Assembly: GCA_025449535.1 (NCBI GenBank)
Contig: JANWJF010000001.1
Location: forward strand, 741,136 to 805,135
Direction: 5' to 3'
DNA length: 64,000 nucleotides
Source: Candidatus Saccharimonadia bacterium
GTDB taxonomy: Bacteria; Patescibacteriota; SICC01
Of this stretch, positions 18,114-28,109 are shown one piece after another. A program made the translations under genes and the position numbers. The notes beneath the pieces are model-generated. The model did no database searches. It was given only the letters and a program-made list of their open reading frames with translations, and had not been told where the DNA came from. Every line of letters starts with the position of its first letter. The first letter of the stretch is position 1.

Positions 18114-18161
18114 AGCGAGTCATCATAGCAAGCCGGCTTGCCATTAGGTATCATCAACCCA

Positions 18162-18872
18162 ATGGCCGAACTCGACCCAACCCAGACCCAGCAAGCGCAA
18201 CCCCTCACCGATTCGCCGGCGGTCGCCGCGTTCGTGAACAAGGTATTCGGCTGGATGACGCTCGGGTTGCTCCTGACGGCCGGCGTGGCGGCGCTGTTCG
18301 CGTCCACCGGCCGGGCGGAAGGTTTGGCCGATAACCCGGCTCTGCTGATCGGCATCGTCATCGCGGAGCTGGCCCTGGTGGCCGGGCTCAGCTTCGGCAT
18401 CAACAAGATCTCCGCGCCGATGGCGATCGGCGCCTTCGCGCTGTACTCCGGCCTGAACGGCGCGGTGCTCAGCCTGATCTTCCTGATCTACACGGGCGCC
18501 TCGATCGCAGGGACGTTCTTCGTGGCCGCGGCGATGTTCGCGGCGATGGCCGTCTACGGGTACGCGACCAAGCGCGACCTCACCAAGCTGGGACCGCTCC
18601 TGTTCATGGCGCTGATCGGCGTGCTTGTGGCGATGGTGGTGAACGTGTTCCTGCTCAAGAGCCCCGGCTTCGACCTGGCGATCTCGATCATCGGCGTGCT
18701 GGTCTTCATCGGCCTGACCGCCTATGACGCGCAGAAGATCAAACGGATGGGAGCGGCCGGTATGGAAGGAGAGCAGGCCACCAAAGGCGCGATCCTCGGT
18801 GCGCTGGCGCTGTACCTCGACCTGATCAACCTGTTCCTGTTCCTGCTCCGGATCTTCGGCCAGCGGCGTTGA
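18162..18872 (+). CDS. Bax inhibitor-1/YccA family membrane protein
   Basis: About 7 TM; GYATKRDLT, GLTAYDAQKIK, GALALYLDLINLFLFLLRIFG signature. Confidence 0.93.
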   Translation: MAELDPTQTQQAQPLTDSPAVAAFVNKVFGWMTLGLLLTAGVAALFASTGRAEGLADNPALLIGIVIAELALVAGLSFGINKISAPMAIGAFALYSGLNGAVLSLIFLIYTGASIAGTFFVAAAMFAAMAVYGYATKRDLTKLGPLLFMALIGVLVAMVVNVFLLKSPGFDLAISIIGVLVFIGLTAYDAQKIKRMGAAGMEGEQATKGAILGALALYLDLINLFLFLLRIFGQRR

Positions 18873-18946
18873 CCGCCCGCACGGGCAGGGGTAGGCTTTG
18901 GACGAAACGCACCGCTACCGGTGCGTTCATACGTTAAGGAGGTTGC

Positions 18947-19198
18947 ATGGCCAAGCGGGACGAACGGATCGAAGCGGAGTTGAAGCGCCTGAAGACGCTG
19001 GTTTACGTATTGCTAGGCATCATCGGTGCCGGAGTGGTCGGCGTGTTGATCGCCGTATTCACGATCGTAGGCGCGGTCCAGGACGCCCGTGCCAAGGTCG
19101 ACGCGGTCGGGCAACGGGTAGAGAACCTGGGCGACCGGCTCAGCGATCGGATCAAGGACCGCCTGGACGACCGCTTGGACGAGCTACGGTCCCGCTGA
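18947..19198 (+). CDS. Small single-TM protein with coiled-coil tail
   Basis: AAGGAGG RBS; hydrophobic helix followed by heptad-like tail. Confidence 0.7.
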   Translation: MAKRDERIEAELKRLKTLVYVLLGIIGAGVVGVLIAVFTIVGAVQDARAKVDAVGQRVENLGDRLSDRIKDRLDDRLDELRSR

Positions 19199-19295
19199 AC
19201 GGTACCGGCGTGGCCGTTCCCATGCCAAAAAGCTCTCGCATGACCGGATAGGGGGTCAGACAAGAGCGATTTGGGTTGGGGTTTGGCGTCGTTCA

Positions 19296-19481
19296 TCATC
19301 CGGCGGCGAGTGCCTCGAAGGCGGCGATGAGGACGACGATGACGATGGCGAGTGCCACGACGATCGCGAACGTCCGCGGGGTGACCAGGGGCTTGTCGGT
19401 CGGTTCGTCTTCCTGGCAGGACGCCCGGCGCTCGAAGCGGTTTTCCGGGGGCTCATGGAAGTGTTCGTGGTTGTCTTCCAC
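19296..19481 (-). CDS. 61-aa tail-anchored membrane protein
   Basis: GTG start after AAGGA; C-terminal hydrophobic helix; last gene of the micro-ORF chain. Confidence 0.55.
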   Translation of the reverse strand: MEDNHEHFHEPPENRFERRASCQEDEPTDKPLVTPRTFAIVVALAIVIVVLIAAFEALAAG

Positions 19482-19485
19482 GGCG

Positions 19486-19596
19486 CTACCGGTCCTTCGC
19501 GGGAATCCACTCGTCGGGGTAGTCGTCGCGGTTGACGACGACGGCCAGGATGGCCATGACGATCGCGATCAGCGCGATTTTCTTCCGGTTGCTCAT
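19486..19596 (-). CDS. 36-aa membrane micro-protein (MSNRKKIALIAIVMAILAVVVNRDD...)
   Basis: AAGGAG RBS 5 nt before ATG; basic N-terminus plus hydrophobic helix. Confidence 0.6.
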   Translation of the reverse strand: MSNRKKIALIAIVMAILAVVVNRDDYPDEWIPAKDR

Positions 19597-19676
19597 TCGT
19601 GCTCCTTGTTCGGCAGAGGCCTGGGCTACCAGGCGGCCTCCGGATAGTACGGCAGCCTGGGTGCCGCTCGGCAGAC

Positions 19677-19841
19677 CTAGTGGTCGTGTCTGTGGGACGG
19701 TTCGTCCGTCAGGTCCCTGATCGCGTAGCCGATGGCGCCGGCCACTACCAGGGAAACCAGGAAGAAGAACCGCTTCGTCTTCTTCCACTTCTTTTCGGGC
19801 TTTCCGGGCCCGTCCGGTACTGTCGCGGGCGACTCGCTCAC
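19677..19841 (-). CDS. 54-aa single-TM protein (...KKWKKTKRFFFLVSLVVAGAIGYAIRD...)
   Basis: AAGGAG RBS before GTG; positive-inside patch then TM. Confidence 0.55.
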   Translation of the reverse strand: MSESPATVPDGPGKPEKKWKKTKRFFFLVSLVVAGAIGYAIRDLTDEPSHRHDH

Positions 19842-19915
19842 GTTCGATGCTCCTTCCGGATTGAGGGGTCCTCGCCAGGGGACGTTCCTCGGATTTTCGG
19901 CACCTGGCATGCCGT

Positions 19916-20011
19916 CTAGCAGGCGCCACCGAAGTGGATCGCCAAGCCAAGGATGGTGAAGAGGACGGCTCCGCCAAGGAGCGCCCAGCACAACTCCGAG
20001 AACTTCCGCAT
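19916..20011 (-). CDS. 31-aa membrane micro-protein (MRKFSELCWALLGGAVLFTILGLAIHFGGAC)
   Basis: GGAGGT RBS embedded in the end of the upstream micro-ORF; hydrophobic. Confidence 0.55.
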   Translation of the reverse strand: MRKFSELCWALLGGAVLFTILGLAIHFGGAC

Positions 20012-20019
20012 GACCGGGG

Positions 20020-20097
20020 TTACCTCCGGGTGAGGCGGTCGGCTAGTGGTCCGATGACGTATGCCAGCGGGCATATGACCGGGACGTGCGGCCACAT
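20020..20097 (-). CDS. 25-aa micro-protein (MWPHVPVICPLAYVIGPLADRLTRR)
   Basis: Strong AAGGAGGAG RBS; first ORF after promoter and structured leader. Confidence 0.5.
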   Translation of the reverse strand: MWPHVPVICPLAYVIGPLADRLTRR

Positions 20098-20213
20098 CGT
20101 TTTTCTCCTCCTTTCCGTCGATCGACGGCGCCGGGCATCCGGATAGGGTCCGGCCGCCGGGTGCCGTCAATCAAAAAGGAGCATTGTTAAGGGACAACTG
20201 GGGAATCTTACCA
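20098..20213 (-). promoter_or_regulatory. Extended -10 promoter + boxA-like motif + GC-rich leader stem
   Basis: TGgTAAGAT (20205-20213), GTCCCTTAACA (20185-20195), stem ATTGACGGCAC/GCGCCGTCGAT. Confidence 0.55.
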
Positions 20214-20306
20214 CTCCCGCGCCTGCTCGGCCAGCCGGACGCAAAGAAACCCTCGCGATGGCTGGATGGCCAGGGCAAGGGTTGTCTTTGTGAGGCGAGG
20301 CGCGGT

Positions 20307-20879
20307 TCAACAGTCGATTTCCTCGCTGTGCCGGAACCAGAGGGGTCCGTCGTACGGATCGGGCAAGCCGGCGTGTTTACGGTCCCTGAAGGATCGCCAG
20401 AACGCGTGGCTGATCTGGTCATACCGTCCACGCAGCCGATCGGCGTCGTCTTTGCAGATGTGGTCGATCAACTGGGGCAGCTTGGTGAGCAGCAACGTGG
20501 GATACGCCCAGGCAGGCAAGGCTTCGATGCAGAAACCGGCCTTGGTATTTCCCTTGTCGAGCCGTTCCGCGCAGTAGCGCCGCTGGCGCTCGGGCGTCCA
20601 CGGCCGATTGAGACAGGCCTGATCGACGCCGTAGGTGCGGCTCGCACCGGGCGCGTAGCTCCGATCAGGCGGCAGGCATGAGTCGAGCCTCGCCTCACGG
20701 ACGAACCGTTGCAGGCTCAGCGGCGAAGGTGCGGCGCGTGCCGCTGCCGACGAATCGGCTCTTAAGGGTCCCGCGAGGACGGCGATGGCCACGAAGGCCA
20801 GGAAGCCGAGCACCGCCATCATCGCCAGCACCTCGATGAATCCGGGGCGGTCCTTGCGGATTGATCTCGGACGGCTCAT
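20307..20879 (-). CDS. Pilin-like membrane-anchored Cys-rich protein (paralog 1)
   Basis: Basic leader + G|FIE + hydrophobic helix; 6 Cys; AAGGAG RBS; similar to 21116..21712. Confidence 0.7.
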   Translation of the reverse strand: MSRPRSIRKDRPGFIEVLAMMAVLGFLAFVAIAVLAGPLRADSSAAARAAPSPLSLQRFVREARLDSCLPPDRSYAPGASRTYGVDQACLNRPWTPERQRRYCAERLDKGNTKAGFCIEALPAWAYPTLLLTKLPQLIDHICKDDADRLRGRYDQISHAFWRSFRDRKHAGLPDPYDGPLWFRHSEEIDC

Positions 20880-21027
20880 GGGTTTCTCTCCTTACTGCTT
20901 CAGCACGGGATTGCACTGAAGGCCGACTGGCGGCGCGGAGCGTCCGAGCGTGTCGGCCGCCCGGCGCCGCCAGCGGGGATGTCAAAGGGCGAGCCTGAAA
21001 TACTACCATTCGCTCGGACTTTTGCAA
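20880..21027 (-). promoter_or_regulatory. Promoter + boxA-like motif + two-hairpin leader (copy 1)
   Basis: TTGCAA-16-TAGTAT, CGCCCTTTGACA, CTGGCGGCGC/GCGCCGCCAG stem, CTTCAG/CTGAAG hairpin. Confidence 0.65.
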
Positions 21028-21115
21028 TGGAACATGCGGGGCCGTTTTTCGCGCTACTACCAAGAAAGCGCTTGATTAGCTGATAGGCTAATGCAAGCGC
21101 GTCTTGGGTAGGGGA

Positions 21116-21712
21116 TTAGCTGTCCGGAGTTGGCGGTACGGGGACCGGCGGTACCGGACAGGCCGGTTCGGCGTGGGAGCGGCTCGGCAGGATCGGTGGT
21201 TGTTCCAGTCCTGCCTCGACCCGTTTTTCGACCTCGAGGGCGTATTCGTCGATCTGGCGGCTCATCCGGTTTTCCAGTTCCGTGAGTTCCCGGAACTCAT
21301 CGCCTTCGAGCGTGGGTCCGAAGCCGTCGCACCATTTGTCCGCCGTGTGTTCGATCGCTCCGTAGCGGGCGAACGCCAGCGACCACCCGTGTCCGCGGGC
21401 GACGCAGGCTGCCCGCATTTCCTGGGCGTCGGGTTCCCAGAACGAAAGCTCGTCTCTGTTAGGGATTTCCCGGGTGCAGTAGCGCGTTAGTTGTGGCTGG
21501 CGGAAATCGCGTTGCAGGCAGCCGTCTTCATCGGGAACCTTGCTGCAGTAGTCCTGCTTGGCGGCCTGCACGAACGCCGTCTTGTCCGGCGGGTCGTCAC
21601 GGAGGGCGTCAGCAAGCGCAATGCTTCCCGCGATGATGATCCCCAATATCAGCACCAGCCCTATCTCGGTGAATCCGGACTGGTCATTCCGGAGGGAGCG
21701 CACGCGGCTCAT
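21116..21712 (-). CDS. Pilin-like membrane-anchored Cys-rich protein (paralog 2)
   Basis: MSRVRSLRNDQSG|FTE + hydrophobic helix; 6 Cys; Pro-rich tail; AAGGAG RBS; start at 21712. Confidence 0.7.
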   Translation of the reverse strand: MSRVRSLRNDQSGFTEIGLVLILGIIIAGSIALADALRDDPPDKTAFVQAAKQDYCSKVPDEDGCLQRDFRQPQLTRYCTREIPNRDELSFWEPDAQEMRAACVARGHGWSLAFARYGAIEHTADKWCDGFGPTLEGDEFRELTELENRMSRQIDEYALEVEKRVEAGLEQPPILPSRSHAEPACPVPPVPVPPTPDS

Positions 21713-21839
21713 GGACTTTCTCCTTGCTGCTTCTGCGCGGTATTGCGCTGAAGGCCGACCGGCGGCGCGGAACGGTCGAATATCCGACCGCTGCGTGCCG
21801 CCAACCGACGTGTAAAAGGACAACTGAAGAATGGTAACA
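21713..21839 (-). promoter_or_regulatory. Promoter + boxA-like motif + two-hairpin leader (copy 2)
   Basis: TGtTACCAT, GTCCTTTTACA, TTGGCGGCACG/CGCGCCGCCGG stem, CTTCAGCGC/GCGCAGAAG hairpin; homologous to 20880-20991. Confidence 0.65.
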
Positions 21840-21942
21840 CATGCCCATTAGCACTGGGGCCATTTCAAACTTATGCACCAGGCATCAACCTCAACTGTCT
21901 TTGCTACAATGTGGATATTACGAGGGGGCAGTAAGGAGTCTT

Positions 21943-23004
21943 ATGGCAGAAAGCACAGAACAAGCCCCCACACTCGCCGATCTCTACCCTGATTTAGATG
22001 AGGAAGGACTGCGGTTCATCCGACCGAAGATCGACGGACGTCACGTGCCCGAACAGGAAGCCGCGGTCGAGGCCGCGATTATCGGCGGCTACTTTGACGA
22101 AGAGGGCCGTCTGGACTCGGAACGCCTGGAAGCGTACCGGCGGCTGGAGAGCGAGCTGGCTGATTCCAAGGGCGGCCTCGTCGTGTTGGCGAGCGCCCCC
22201 GCGCCGGACTCCGGCGCCGCGGCGTACAAGGTCTCCATCTGTCGGCTCGCCGAGGACCAGGTGATCGACGGCCGCCACGGCAAGCTGGCCGCGGACAAGC
22301 GCTTCATCGTGAAGGCGGTCCTGGGGGACGAAGTCCCGTTCCTGATGGCCCACGGCGAACTTCATGACGGTGAGCCACTGGTGGACCAGGACCATGATGT
22401 GGCCGGCCCGGTCGCGTTCGGGCCGGATGATCAGCCTCGCCTGACCGAGGTCATGCCGGCGGATGACTTTGTGGACTGGCTAGAACGGTCGGTGGAGGAT
22501 CCGCGGATGCGGTACGTGTTGCTCGCGGAATTCTACGCGGCGATACCCCAGCTGGGAAGCGGCTGGTTGCCGGACCTGACGGTTCCCAAGGAACTCGAAC
22601 CGTACATTACCGCGGAACGGACGGCGCTCAACGACTACCGTGCCTTTTATGAGGAAGTATCACAGACTAACCGGGGATTCGTACGGAACGGCCTGACTCG
22701 CGGGAACCTGCAGCCGCTGATCGACAAGCGTGAGACCTTCGCCGCCCGGGAACAGGAACTGCGCGAGACACACGCCGGCATCGCCTGGCGGCTCGACCGG
22801 ACGGTGCTCCACGAGGCTCGGGGGTGGCAGCACATCACGTTTGATGCCGACGGCATGTACAAGTGGGAAGTCGGCGAGCAGCTGAAGGCGCTGAAGCGCG
22901 AGGCGAAGGAGATGGAACGTCGCCTCGACGTAGTCGGCGGGCAGTCCGCAGCCGTCACGCTGATGGAACGGGCACTCGAGCTGACAGACGGCGCGACGGC
23001 GTAA
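21943..23004 (+). CDS. Hypothetical protein (353 aa)
   Basis: TGcTACAAT -10 at 21902-21910; AAGGAG RBS; long ORF. Confidence 0.7.
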   Translation: MAESTEQAPTLADLYPDLDEEGLRFIRPKIDGRHVPEQEAAVEAAIIGGYFDEEGRLDSERLEAYRRLESELADSKGGLVVLASAPAPDSGAAAYKVSICRLAEDQVIDGRHGKLAADKRFIVKAVLGDEVPFLMAHGELHDGEPLVDQDHDVAGPVAFGPDDQPRLTEVMPADDFVDWLERSVEDPRMRYVLLAEFYAAIPQLGSGWLPDLTVPKELEPYITAERTALNDYRAFYEEVSQTNRGFVRNGLTRGNLQPLIDKRETFAAREQELRETHAGIAWRLDRTVLHEARGWQHITFDADGMYKWEVGEQLKALKREAKEMERRLDVVGGQSAAVTLMERALELTDGATA

Positions 23005-23050
23005 ATAAGCTCGTTGACTATTTTTATCACTGGCAGTACATTGACTCGCT

Positions 23051-23590
23051 ATGACTTCCTCCGGAGAAACGCTCGCCCACGAAGTCGAGAGACGTAGCGG
23101 CCAGGTGGACTTGGGTGAATACTCGGTCGAGTCAATCCTCAACGCGTACGCGTTCGCTTGTGAACAAGCGAAGCTGACCAGGGGCCGGCCACTCAGCGGT
23201 GGGCCCGATTGGCAAGTCGTGGTCACTGACGACTTCGAAGACCGCTTGATAGGCGGGGATACGCTCAGCAAGGAACGTCTGGCGGAGCTCTTCGAGGCCG
23301 CGCTTGATTCGGATAACTACTGGCATCATGTGCTGGCAGCCAGGCGCCTTAATACTATCGCGGAGGCATATCCCGACACCGCGCTGGGCATGTTCAAGCG
23401 CGTGTTTACCCATGCGGACCGGACCATCAGGGAGCAAGGGACCCAATCCTTCTGTGCTTCGGTGGGCGTATTCGCGGTTCATGCTCAAGCCCCAGAGGAA
23501 AGACAACTTCTTGCGGAAGTCCTACAGCTCGCCGGAAAGACCTTGGAGCGTCAATCCGACGCGGATCATTCCCGTTACATCACGAGTTAG
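23051..23590 (+). CDS. Hypothetical alpha-helical protein
   Basis: TTGACT-17-TACATT promoter 8 nt before the ATG. Confidence 0.62.
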   Translation: MTSSGETLAHEVERRSGQVDLGEYSVESILNAYAFACEQAKLTRGRPLSGGPDWQVVVTDDFEDRLIGGDTLSKERLAELFEAALDSDNYWHHVLAARRLNTIAEAYPDTALGMFKRVFTHADRTIREQGTQSFCASVGVFAVHAQAPEERQLLAEVLQLAGKTLERQSDADHSRYITS

Positions 23591-23664
23591 CCGGTCGTCG
23601 TAAGCCGGCATAGCTGAAGCGCATGGCGCGGCGGCGTGACTGGCTCCGGGTCTATACTGGGAGC

Positions 23665-24507
23665 ATGGCACTCCCCGCAGACTTAGTCCTCGTCCGGCAC
23701 GGAGAATCCGAAGCCAACTTGGTGAAGGACGAGATCCGGGCGGGGAACGTGCAGGCCTACACGGACGCCTTCGCCAAGGCCAACAACTGGCAGACGCGCC
23801 TCACGGACAAGGGCCGCGCGCAGGCCAAGGCGGTCGGCGAGTACATCCGTGCCGAGATCGGTGCCGCGTTCGACGCCCGGTTCTTCAGCTACTTCGTGCG
23901 GACGCGGGAGACGGCGGGGCTGCTCGGCGTGGACGGCCCGAACTGGCAGCGCAGCCCGTACCTCCACGAGCGCGACTGGGGCGTCATCGACAGTCCTGCG
24001 CCGGAGAAGTTCGAGGAATCCGACTACAAGCGCCAGATGGCGGAGCGGAAGAGCAACCCGCTCTTCTGGCGCCCGCCGAACGGCGAGCGGGTGATCGACG
24101 TGGCGATGCGGTTCGACCGCGTGCTCCAGACCATCCACCGCGACGTGAACGACGGCCGGATCCCCGAGCGCGGCCGCGCGATTCTGGTCACCCACGGCGA
24201 GGTGATCGATGCCGCCCGCGTGCCACTCGAGAAGATGGACGAGGTGAAGTTCTTCGAGTGGATCAACGCGGGGAAGACGGAGAACAAGTCGCACAACGGC
24301 CAGGTGATCCACTACACGCGGCGCCTGGACCCGGACAACCCGGACTCCGAGCTGGCGCGCAAGGTGATGTTCCGCCGCTCGGTCTGCCCGTGGGACCGGT
24401 CGCTCTCCAGCGACGCCTGGGTGCGCATCGAGCATCCGACGTATACGGACGAAGAGCTGCTTGAAGGCGCGGAGCGGTATCCGAGCTTGATCAAGGCAGG
24501 GGAGTGA
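23665..24507 (+). CDS. Histidine phosphatase (phosphoglycerate mutase-like) family protein
   Basis: LVLVRHGES, LTDKGRAQA, LHERDWG, LVTHGEVI; TATACT 6 nt before ATG 23665. Confidence 0.92.
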   Translation: MALPADLVLVRHGESEANLVKDEIRAGNVQAYTDAFAKANNWQTRLTDKGRAQAKAVGEYIRAEIGAAFDARFFSYFVRTRETAGLLGVDGPNWQRSPYLHERDWGVIDSPAPEKFEESDYKRQMAERKSNPLFWRPPNGERVIDVAMRFDRVLQTIHRDVNDGRIPERGRAILVTHGEVIDAARVPLEKMDEVKFFEWINAGKTENKSHNGQVIHYTRRLDPDNPDSELARKVMFRRSVCPWDRSLSSDAWVRIEHPTYTDEELLEGAERYPSLIKAGE

Positions 24508-24513
24508 GAGCTT

Positions 24514-24566
24514 ATTAGATCAGATTACCTGATCTAATTGACAGATCAGTGTTTCTGATCTAAAAT
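24514..24566 (+). promoter_or_regulatory. Near-consensus sigma70 promoter overlapped by two palindromic operators
   Basis: TTGACA(24538)-17-TAAAAT(24561); ATTAGATCAG-N5-CTGATCTAAT (24514-24538) and AGATCAG-N5-CTGATCT (24543-24561). Confidence 0.8.
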
Positions 24567-24593
24567 TGTCTCGTAATTAACTTTTGAGGTTGT

Positions 24594-25676
24594 ATGAAGC
24601 TCACAGCAGTTCCTGTTAATCAAAAAGGTAAGAAATTCTACGTTACACAAATCCCAGCTACAAAGCTGATTGATCAACGTATTTTCCGAGTTGCAGCCTG
24701 GGATCCGAAAGAAAAGAATCCCAAGAAGCAAGGCTACCAGCGAGTCGAAGTTTCAACGCGGGCTCGTAAGATCGGCAAGTATATGACGGAATCCGACCAG
24801 CCCCATGAAAGCGTGCTTCCGGGAGCCATCCTTATTAACTCGCGTCGCCCAATCAAAGTTCTTTCGGAAGGCTCCGGTAACGTCGAAATTGAAATCCCAG
24901 AGTATCCAGCCTTCATCGTCGACGGCCAACACCGCGTAGCGGGAGCGCGGCATGCGATAGAGGAGCTTAACGACGAAGAACTAGAAAGCTACCAGTTCCC
25001 AGTAGTGCTGACGGACTTTGATCAGCCTAAAGAAACGTTACATTTTAAAACTGTTAACGAAGAAGCCAAGAAAGTATCTACCGAGTTGAGCCATCGGCTT
25101 CTCAGGGATCTCAACTTGGGCGGGACTGACATTTCTACAGAGAAAGATCGATGGACTATGAGAGCCCTTGGAGCAATCGATGCTCTGAATGCCGATTCTG
25201 AATCTGTGTGGTACAAGCGCATTGCTATTCCAGGAGAGAAGAAAACACCTGCTCATATTTCTAAGCAGCAATCGTTTGAATCGTCCCTTAAGCCTTTGTA
25301 TGGCAAGAATGCCCGTTTTTCTGACGAGCATACAAAACTCGATGAAGCCACAGGGATCATGAATAATTTCTGGGGCGCGTTGTCAGAAATATTCCCTGGG
25401 GCATTCCTTGAGCCCAAGGATTATCTCATCCAACGGACTCCGGGACTTTTTTCGCTTCATGCTTTGCTAGCACGAATCCTTCAGTACCAGCCCAACCCTT
25501 CCCGGCAGGATCTTAAAAAGATTCTTAAAGCTATGGCTGAAGGCATGGACATGACCGAAGATTTCTGGCGAGCTGGGAAAGATGCTGATGGAGCGGCGGT
25601 ATACGGAAGCATGAAGGGCTTCAACATGCTTTACGAGCAAATGTGGTCCAATATCCCGTCTGAGTTATTGCGATAA
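24594..25676 (+). CDS. DGQHR domain protein (DndB/ParB-Srx-like fold)
   Basis: GYQR, IVDGQHR and F..VN..AKKV motifs; markedly more AT-rich than the host genes. Confidence 0.88.
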   Translation: MKLTAVPVNQKGKKFYVTQIPATKLIDQRIFRVAAWDPKEKNPKKQGYQRVEVSTRARKIGKYMTESDQPHESVLPGAILINSRRPIKVLSEGSGNVEIEIPEYPAFIVDGQHRVAGARHAIEELNDEELESYQFPVVLTDFDQPKETLHFKTVNEEAKKVSTELSHRLLRDLNLGGTDISTEKDRWTMRALGAIDALNADSESVWYKRIAIPGEKKTPAHISKQQSFESSLKPLYGKNARFSDEHTKLDEATGIMNNFWGALSEIFPGAFLEPKDYLIQRTPGLFSLHALLARILQYQPNPSRQDLKKILKAMAEGMDMTEDFWRAGKDADGAAVYGSMKGFNMLYEQMWSNIPSELLR

Positions 25677-25707
25677 ATTGACTAAGCTGAGGAGTAAATA
25701 AGTCCTT

Positions 25708-25950
25708 ATGAGCAAGAACTATCACGTATCAGGTAACCGATCTGATGGTTACAAGGTAAAAGCGGAAGGCTCAGCCAAGTCGAGTTCTACACATGACACT
25801 CAAGGAGAAGCTGAGCAAGCTGCTAAGCAGTATGCAGCTGCTGCGGGCGGAGGCGAAGTGAGAATTCACCGCCCTGACGGCAGTATTCGCGACAGTGATA
25901 CTGTGCCACCCGCGCAAGATCCTTACCCGCCAAAAGATACTAGGCACTAA
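25708..25950 (+). CDS. DUF2188 family small protein
   Basis: YHV...G.KVKAEG...S..HDTQ.EA...A......GEVRIHRPDGSIRDSDT....DPYPPKD pattern; GAGGAG RBS. Confidence 0.8.
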   Translation: MSKNYHVSGNRSDGYKVKAEGSAKSSSTHDTQGEAEQAAKQYAAAAGGGEVRIHRPDGSIRDSDTVPPAQDPYPPKDTRH

Positions 25951-25996
25951 TCCTATGCTTCTCGTGAATACTTTCTTGGGGTAAACTCTCTTTTGT

Positions 25997-28099
<2,103 letters not shown>

Positions 28100-28109
28100 G
28101 TCAGGACAA

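Noticed and set aside
24594-25676. Complete Dnd phosphorothioation system
   Set aside because: Only the DGQHR gene is present; no dndA/C/D/E homologs in the window
16740-25996. Prophage, integron or IS origin of the insert
   Set aside because: No integrase, transposase or phage genes, and no att/attC sites or terminal repeats seen
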